Below, in pieces: positions 16,979 through 23,037 of a stretch of DNA of 23,037 nt (position 1 is its first letter; each line of letters starts with the position of its first letter). The translations under genes were made by a program, and so were the position numbers. A model generated the notes under the pieces. That model saw nothing but the letters and a program-made list of their open reading frames with translations, did not search any database and was not told where the DNA came from. The stretch comes from Ignisphaera sp. (GTDB lineage Archaea; Thermoproteota; Thermoprotei_A; Sulfolobales; Ignisphaeraceae), in NCBI GenBank assembly GCA_038821645.1, contig JAWBDT010000006.1:64146-87182 (forward strand), read 5' to 3'.

Positions 16979-19066
16979 ATGCCTAAGAGAATCTATTGGC
17001 CAAAGGTTAAGAAGATCTGGTGGTGTCTTAACTGCAACATACCTGTACTACAAGAAATATGCCCTAGATGCAGAAGTAGAACAACGAGAATTCAATTATC
17101 TGATCCAGGAGATGCTAGACTTGCTTTTGAAAGAGACTATAAATCTCTTTATGCAGCATATATCTATGAGTTTGGTACATCTAAAGGATTTAACGATATT
17201 ATAGGTAGATCTATAGCGCTTGTGAATAAAGCTCCATATTACGACGAAATGAAGGAAATTGTAGCTGATGGAACTCAAGTGGGGCGCTTATATTTTGATC
17301 CCCTGCTTAGAAAATGGAGATTTAGGTTGTCGAGAACCTCTGCAATAAAGTTATATACTTGTTACCCCGATGTAGTTGAAACTATTACTGTACATAAGAA
17401 GTACTATAAACATTCTGATATAATTCGTATAGATAAAGTTATAGAACCTGAGAAACAGGTAATTCTACTTGATTCTAGTAACAATGTTGTTGGCCTGGGT
17501 TACTCTAAGGGGAAAGGAAAGGTAATGGTTCATAGTTGGTGGGGTTCTTTGGTAACAGATAGAATTGTCCCAAATAACGATGTATATAGAAAGACTACCA
17601 TAGATGATGTGGTTAAAGCTCATGAGGAATATATGAACATACTGGTTTCAAGAGCTAAGAAATTTATAGCTATTATGAATGAGAAGATAGATAAACCTGT
17701 GATAGTGTCTTTTAGTGGTGGTAAAGATAGTCTCGTAAGTCTTCATCTGGTGCTGGATTTAGGTATGAAACCCATAGTGCTATTCAATAATACTGGTATA
17801 GAGCTTCCTGAAACAATATCAACTGTCTACAATATTGTTGAAAGCTATGGTTTAGAACTTATCGAGGCTTCAGCTCAAGATAAGTTCTGGACAACAGTAA
17901 ACGAGTTAGGAATACCTGGTAGAGACTATAGATGGTGCTGCAAGGTTTGTAAACTAGCTCCTCTAGCCTATACTGTAAAAAGTTTGTGGAGTTCTGGTGG
18001 ATTAAATGTTGTTGGTCAAAGAGCGTATGAGTCTATAGATAGAGCGAAAAGCCCAAATGTATGGAGATTGCGATGGGCTCCAATGTTACTGAATATCTCG
18101 CCTATAAATGAATGGTCTCAGTTTGAGGTATGGCTCTACATATTCATGAATAAACTACCTGCAAACCCTCTCTACTTCATGGGTTATGAAAGAATCGGTT
18201 GTTTTATGTGTCCTGCCTCAACTTTAGCGGAGCTTGAGCTTGTTTCACAAACACATAGAGATTTATGGAGTAAATGGCTTGAAGTTCTAGAGTATTGGGC
18301 TAAGAGAATGAATATGCCTAGAGAATGGATAGACTATGGATTATGGAGATGGACTGGACCCGCAAGATATAAGTCTATGCTAGCTAGGAGACTTAAAGTA
18401 TCTGACAGCATTGATAATTGGTTCCAAAGCTTTAAATCTATGCTAGATCCAGACATAGATATAGTTAGACGAGATGACAACGGCTTTGAAGTAGAGATGG
18501 TAACACCTATAGATATAGAGTTTCTAGAGAACCAGATCTCTATACTTAAACCAGATCAATACGGAGTTGATGTAGATAGAAACCATGCGTTCATTAAATG
18601 GTCTAACGCCTATATATCACTCGACATTAAGGGAAGAATAAGCTTAACATTAATAGAAAGCAGCGGTATTGAAAGACTCGTAGATATCCTGAAACTATTC
18701 TATAGATGGCGCTTCTGCACTGGATGTAGATCTTGTGAAACGATATGTCCTTCAGAAGCTGCAAAAGTTTCGCACTTTAATGGAAGAATTAGACCTTTCG
18801 TCAATAGAGATCGATGCATAGGGTGTAGATTCTGTGTATACAATTGTCCTGTAGCTGAAGTTTATGTAGAACATGTTGTTGCTTCCATACTTCTAAATGA
18901 TCCAGAGGCATGGCGTAGAGAAAGTAGAGAACATCATGAAGAGGTTATGGAGAAGATAAAAGAGTATATAAGGAAAAGGATATATGGTTTAGAACCTCGA
19001 AAGAATGTAGAGAATAGAGAGTATGCAGAAGCTTCATACTTCTTTAATATTCTTCAGAACACCTAA
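16979..19066 (+). CDS. PAPS-reductase-fold protein with N-terminal Zn ribbon, short PUA-like domain and C-terminal 2x[4Fe-4S] ferredoxin
   Basis: WCLNCNIP...CPRC, PGDARLAF, PP-loop SFSGGKDS, TGIELPET, RWCCKVCK, GQRAYES..R, RIGCFMCP, then CTGCRSCETICP and CIGCRFCVYNCP. ATG 16979 has GAGTGA upstream; the ORF track uses GTG 16964. Confidence 0.9.
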   Translation: MPKRIYWPKVKKIWWCLNCNIPVLQEICPRCRSRTTRIQLSDPGDARLAFERDYKSLYAAYIYEFGTSKGFNDIIGRSIALVNKAPYYDEMKEIVADGTQVGRLYFDPLLRKWRFRLSRTSAIKLYTCYPDVVETITVHKKYYKHSDIIRIDKVIEPEKQVILLDSSNNVVGLGYSKGKGKVMVHSWWGSLVTDRIVPNNDVYRKTTIDDVVKAHEEYMNILVSRAKKFIAIMNEKIDKPVIVSFSGGKDSLVSLHLVLDLGMKPIVLFNNTGIELPETISTVYNIVESYGLELIEASAQDKFWTTVNELGIPGRDYRWCCKVCKLAPLAYTVKSLWSSGGLNVVGQRAYESIDRAKSPNVWRLRWAPMLLNISPINEWSQFEVWLYIFMNKLPANPLYFMGYERIGCFMCPASTLAELELVSQTHRDLWSKWLEVLEYWAKRMNMPREWIDYGLWRWTGPARYKSMLARRLKVSDSIDNWFQSFKSMLDPDIDIVRRDDNGFEVEMVTPIDIEFLENQISILKPDQYGVDVDRNHAFIKWSNAYISLDIKGRISLTLIESSGIERLVDILKLFYRWRFCTGCRSCETICPSEAAKVSHFNGRIRPFVNRDRCIGCRFCVYNCPVAEVYVEHVVASILLNDPEAWRRESREHHEEVMEKIKEYIRKRIYGLEPRKNVENREYAEASYFFNILQNT

Positions 19067-19080
19067 TGAGCTGATGCTCT

Positions 19081-19671
19081 ATGGCTTCTCAAAAATTTCT
19101 AGAAGAAGCGAGTAAACATGTGGAACCTATCTATGCACAAGGGTTTTTCTATGTCTCTTTGGGATGCATATCCTACTATCTAGTGTTTGATTATAATGAT
19201 CCCTACGAATACTATGGAACTATAGTGAAGGATGAAAAAGCATTCAATGACGAAGTAACTAAACTTTGGATGAATATGCAGAAATTTCTTGATGGAGAGA
19301 TTGTAGTTATCAACGGTACTAGAGTCAGTCCCAGGGTTGTTATGATCGATATTGGTTTTAGGGGAAGCAGAAGAAGACCTTACATCGTTTTCGGTATAAG
19401 ATTTAGAGCTCCCATAAGAATTGGATTGAATATATATGAGAATAGATATAGTCCCGAGGTAGTTGAATATGATTATGTAGCATATTGGATATTTCCACCC
19501 TCATCAAGAATAATCAAGGTGGATATGGGTCAAGGTAATGAAGAATGGGATATTGTTGGAAAGAATATTCTAGCTATATATGGCTTTAGAGGTAGGAAAA
19601 GTGGTGGATATGAGTATATAGAATTCGAGATACGTGATTACGTAAAAACTGATGCAGGTGAAACTAATTAA
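19081..19671 (+). CDS. Hypothetical protein, aromatic-rich
   Basis: 196 aa ORF 14 nt after the previous stop. Its stop overlaps the next ATG (TAATG). No family recognised. Confidence 0.8.
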   Translation: MASQKFLEEASKHVEPIYAQGFFYVSLGCISYYLVFDYNDPYEYYGTIVKDEKAFNDEVTKLWMNMQKFLDGEIVVINGTRVSPRVVMIDIGFRGSRRRPYIVFGIRFRAPIRIGLNIYENRYSPEVVEYDYVAYWIFPPSSRIIKVDMGQGNEEWDIVGKNILAIYGFRGRKSGGYEYIEFEIRDYVKTDAGETN

Positions 19672-20432
19672 TGAATATAATTTCGGAGAGCTTCAAAACA
19701 ATATACACATCGAATGTCTTGAGAAAAACCATACATCTAACATTATCTCTTATACTAATAATTCCTTTCTCACAACCCTATAGAGACTTCATGAACACTT
19801 TACTCTCTTATTCTCTAGACCCTACGCTACTAACTATGGTTATTCTCCTATTTACAGCAGCATTCATAAATAGTCTACAGATACGTGTACCAAATCTAAG
19901 AAATAGATTCATACATATTCTTGGAGATCTTAGAAAGAAACTCTTAAGTAGTCTAGAAACAATTATGAAAGGTAATACTGATATTCTTGAAAACATAGAC
20001 AAGATGTTCTCACGATATGAGGAAAAGCTTATAGAGTTTATTTCAAGTGTTGAAAGAAGCTATGAGTTAAGGTACGGCTACATATGTGTAACATTTGCTC
20101 TGCTATCTATAACAATAAGTTATGTGCTTTTCAGCCATGTAGCTGTATACGGGATTTTGGCATTGGGTATTGTCGACACTCTTTCTTCTATCATCTCGAT
20201 GTTTACGCACACCAGAAGGAAGTTCCTAAAACATACCAACATATCCATTCTATCAACTTTCTCGATATTCACATTACTACTATATACCCTAAATCGGAAT
20301 ATTGTTAGTTCTATTACTTTGAGTTTTGTAGCAGTAGTTGTTGAGCTCTTAAGTCCTGAAGACAACTTAACGTTACCTATAGCCGTAAGTCTCGTAGCGC
20401 ATGTTATGAATGTTCCTCCACTAAACATTTGA
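19671..20432 (+). CDS. Dolichol/phytol kinase (SEC59)-like membrane protein
   Basis: N-terminal RKTIHL, multiple TM segments, LGIVDTLSSII, C-terminal VVELLSPEDNLTLP. Confidence 0.7.
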   Translation: MNIISESFKTIYTSNVLRKTIHLTLSLILIIPFSQPYRDFMNTLLSYSLDPTLLTMVILLFTAAFINSLQIRVPNLRNRFIHILGDLRKKLLSSLETIMKGNTDILENIDKMFSRYEEKLIEFISSVERSYELRYGYICVTFALLSITISYVLFSHVAVYGILALGIVDTLSSIISMFTHTRRKFLKHTNISILSTFSIFTLLLYTLNRNIVSSITLSFVAVVVELLSPEDNLTLPIAVSLVAHVMNVPPLNI

Positions 20433-20440
20433 TCTAGTGG

Positions 20441-20722
20441 TCAAGGTTCAGCAGCACTCCATACAGCTATCAATAGGTATCTTCCTCTAGTTTGTACATG
20501 TATATCAGCGATATCTGGATCAAGAAGATACATTTTTTCATAGTTTTGGTTAGCATCTATATCTACTATCTTTAGATTTGCTGAAAGAATTTCTCTAAGT
20601 TGTTTCATATCTTTCTCAGCTTCTTCTCTAGATGTATATACACCTACTATAGCAGTCATTGTTTCTCTAACAGCTGTACCTAGAGGTGTCTTTCTATAAT
20701 TGAACCACATAGTTTCAGCCAT
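20441..20722 (-). CDS. Hypothetical protein (about 93 aa)
   Basis: Likely start ATG 20722 (MAETMWF..., GCAGG upstream), which avoids overlap with the divergent gene. Contains GVYTSREEAEK. Confidence 0.65.
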   Translation of the reverse strand: MAETMWFNYRKTPLGTAVRETMTAIVGVYTSREEAEKDMKQLREILSANLKIVDIDANQNYEKMYLLDPDIADIHVQTRGRYLLIAVWSAAEP

Positions 20723-20781
20723 GTGTCTGCCTGCTAATATATGTATCGATATGTTTAAGTTCTTATCTGTGGGATATATAC

Positions 20782-21129
20782 ATGTTAATCGAGATAGTAG
20801 CAATCATAGGATTAGATCCTGTGAGTACAAACGCTCTAGAGAATCTACAGCATGCTGCAGAAATTCTTAAAAAAGAGTACGGCATCAAGATCCTGATTGT
20901 GCCTTACAACACGTGGAGTGACACCATAAACTCCTCAATCAAGTCTCTTCCAATAATAGTCATAGGTGGTTCAAAAGCTTTTACAGGTTATGCACCATCA
21001 GTTAAAGAAATCATTAAGTACGTTCTCGATCACGTGAAACAGAACAAAAGAAGGAAGAGATATGAAGCACTTGTACCTGCAGGTATTATAGAGAAAGACC
21101 ATTTACTTCTTTCAGCTGCAATAACTTGA
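20782..21129 (+). CDS. Thioredoxin-fold-like hypothetical protein without cysteines
   Basis: LPIIVIGGSKAFTGYAPSVKEI resembles the cis-Pro/beta-hairpin half of the thioredoxin fold. No CxxC. Confidence 0.6.
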   Translation: MLIEIVAIIGLDPVSTNALENLQHAAEILKKEYGIKILIVPYNTWSDTINSSIKSLPIIVIGGSKAFTGYAPSVKEIIKYVLDHVKQNKRRKRYEALVPAGIIEKDHLLLSAAIT

Positions 21130-21367
21130 TCATTAAATACTAACCAGCTCAACTCTTATTAGATATAATCATTCATTAATCACGAAACCACATGATCAAA
21201 AACACAATCTTTGTACACAATTGTATAGCCTATTATATTTAGCTATGATTCTCATATGCCTAGAGTACGATGACTTGATTCTCTTATTTCTCTAGCTAGA
21301 GTTGTGGTGATAATGAATTCTTCATATTTTTAATTCCGTATACAGTATATTGCCTCTTGGAACATCT

Positions 21368-22390
21368 ATGATGGATATAGATGTTGTTGTAATAGGTTCA
21401 GGGATTTCAGCTTTAAAAGCACTTTATGTAGCAAAACTCTACAACAGGAATGCTCTAGCTGTTGATGTTCATGGAGGTGATGGAGGATATATCCAATTAT
21501 TAGATGGAGAAGATGCTGTTGCTAAAGCTCCATTATTCATAGACCTTGACGAAGCAGACTTTTTGCATAGTCTCGGAATAGATGTTAAATGTTATGAGGT
21601 TAAGCATAACGTTTTAAAATCAGGTAACTATGTTCTAAAGACGGTAGGTTTTATTGATATCGATGTCCAGATGAATTGGTTTACAAGATGGCTAAATAGC
21701 AATAAGCTTTGTTTTGATGTAGAGCTCTTCGCTAAATTGAAGAAATCATACGAATTTCCAACATACAGACCGATCCATTCAGTAGCTAATATAAGGAAGA
21801 TCGATGTAGAGAAAAAGATTTTAGCATTATCAACAGGAACAATCATAAAGTACAGCAAGATAGTATACACATGGCCTCTAGAGCTCTTACCTCAAAACCT
21901 ATATCCAAACAGCATTAAGAACATTATTGAGCAATTCCTAAACCAACTTGAACTAAAATACGTATCGCTATACATTTACACAACTCTAGCTAAAAGTATA
22001 GAATCCAAAGAGAACTTGATAACAATATATACTCACGCAACTAAGGCATCAAAAATACATACAGCTATAGCATTACACCTACACAACAAAAAGATAATGT
22101 ATACAGCAACAAGTTACACAAAACAACATCCACTTATACCTGGAATAAGAGAGAAGATAGTATCCGAATTAAAAAAACATAGAATAACGAATTCAATAGA
22201 TGCGCTGAAGAAACACTATACAAACATCACCTACGGTCTATTAAATAAAATAAATGAAAACATCCTTAAAGAACTTGAGCAACTACTAGAAAACCACGAC
22301 ATTATACTCTTTGGAAGAATAGCACAATGGAGAGAAAAAACTATAAAAGAAATACTAACAGACAAAACAATAGAACAGAAGATAGCTTAA
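21368..22390 (+). CDS. FAD/NAD(P)-dependent oxidoreductase-like protein
   Basis: Rossmann start DVVVIGSGISAL, GG.GG, IKYSKIVYTWPL and C-terminal LFGRIAQW. Start among 21350, 21368 and 21371. Confidence 0.75.
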   Translation: MMDIDVVVIGSGISALKALYVAKLYNRNALAVDVHGGDGGYIQLLDGEDAVAKAPLFIDLDEADFLHSLGIDVKCYEVKHNVLKSGNYVLKTVGFIDIDVQMNWFTRWLNSNKLCFDVELFAKLKKSYEFPTYRPIHSVANIRKIDVEKKILALSTGTIIKYSKIVYTWPLELLPQNLYPNSIKNIIEQFLNQLELKYVSLYIYTTLAKSIESKENLITIYTHATKASKIHTAIALHLHNKKIMYTATSYTKQHPLIPGIREKIVSELKKHRITNSIDALKKHYTNITYGLLNKINENILKELEQLLENHDIILFGRIAQWREKTIKEILTDKTIEQKIA

Positions 22391-22438
22391 TTAAGCCATG
22401 ATAGCTTATTTAGTTAGACAAAATGAGTTATCTTTATG

Positions 22439-22517
22439 GCGGCGGTCGTCTAGCCTGGTCTAGGACGCCGGCCTTCCAAGCCGGAGATCCCGGGTTCAAA
22501 TCCCGGCCGCCGCACCA
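22439..22517 (+). tRNA. tRNA-Gly (anticodon TCC), no intron, CCA encoded
   Basis: Acceptor GCGGCGG/CCGCCGC-A-CCA, anticodon arm CCGGC-CTTCCAA-GCCGG, T arm CCGGG-TTCAAAT-CCCGG. Confidence 0.97.
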
Positions 22518-22962
22518 ATTATTAATACATTATAAACAGTATCCGAAAGTACATTGAATACAATGTATGTAGACCATGTATTTGTTTTATAGTATATCGA
22601 AGCCAATGACTTCAAATAATTCTAGGAATAGAAAGAAGTTGACATAAACAACTACTAGAGTGTAAATCGTGTAACAGAAGCCCTATAGAAGTGTAGTGAA
22701 ACCTCTACTAACTCTCTACCTAGAAAGGTACCCCAACTAAACGTTAATCATGTACAATGAAGATATGCAAACAGAATCTCTGTGTCTTCATAATGTGCAA
22801 TGACTTCTTGACAACATCAGACTTATACTAACTTTGTATAATTACATTCAATATCATTAGTTATGCTGTTAACCAATATTGTTGCCAACATAACTAAATA
22901 AAATTAGTTAAATAAAAGAAAGCTCTACTAATAAGTAGATGTTTACATAAGATCATGTCGGG

Positions 22963-23037
22963 CTATTGAGAAGAACACACAACTTCACCTAGATGGTTGA
23001 TATCGCCCCAGAAATGTTTACCATCGATAACGCCTAT
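22963..23037 (-). CDS. Possible 3' end of a gene entering from the right edge
   Basis: Open frame IGVIDGKHFWGDINHLGEVVCSSQ* up to the window edge. Only 24 codons; loosely like an alpha/beta-hydrolase His loop. Confidence 0.4.
   Translation of the reverse strand: MGVIDGKHFWGDINHLGEVVCSSQ

Noticed and set aside
21290-21301. Perfect 12-bp palindrome CTCTAGCTAGAG
   Set aside because: Built from CTAG/AGCT words that are common everywhere in this sequence.
22604-22807. CAATGACTTC direct repeat, a bulged hairpin at 22757-22791 and a short CKSC-encoding frame downstream of tRNA-Gly
   Set aside because: Only two short copies about 194 nt apart, a weak AT-rich stem and no sustained ORF. Not enough for a CRISPR, sRNA or pseudogene call.

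Overview
AT-rich, gene-dense archaeal chromosome segment. The gene set and gene order point to Thermoproteota, most likely Desulfurococcales (inference). It is mostly core machinery: the 5' part of glnA (missed by the ORF track), a pan-PUA-PAC2 proteasome operon divergent from a long operon (aMBF1, HflX, Trm56, TFE, C5-cytosine methyltransferase, DUF2122, radical SAM/TRAM), tRNA-Leu(GAG), aglB, a ZPR1-like gene, hsp20, an Elf1-like gene, a NOG1 GTPase, a SAM methyltransferase, a PAPS-reductase-fold/PUA/ferredoxin protein with two co-transcribed genes, an FAD-dependent oxidoreductase and tRNA-Gly(TCC). I see no CRISPR array, transposase or integrase. Best leads: (1) an orphan C5-MTase + SPOUT-like + split-motif radical SAM module next to trm56, possibly an uncharacterised nucleic-acid modification unit; (2) an unannotated box C/D sRNA whose D' guide fits G26 of a CAU-anticodon tRNA; (3) a PP-loop/Fe-S/PUA protein lacking the APS/PAPS-reductase catalytic tail, a candidate RNA sulfur-modifying enzyme; (4) both proteasome-docking proteins end in Hb-His-X instead of HbYX; (5) several genes appear to start at CTG/ATA. 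All protein calls come from motif recognition by eye; no searches were run.
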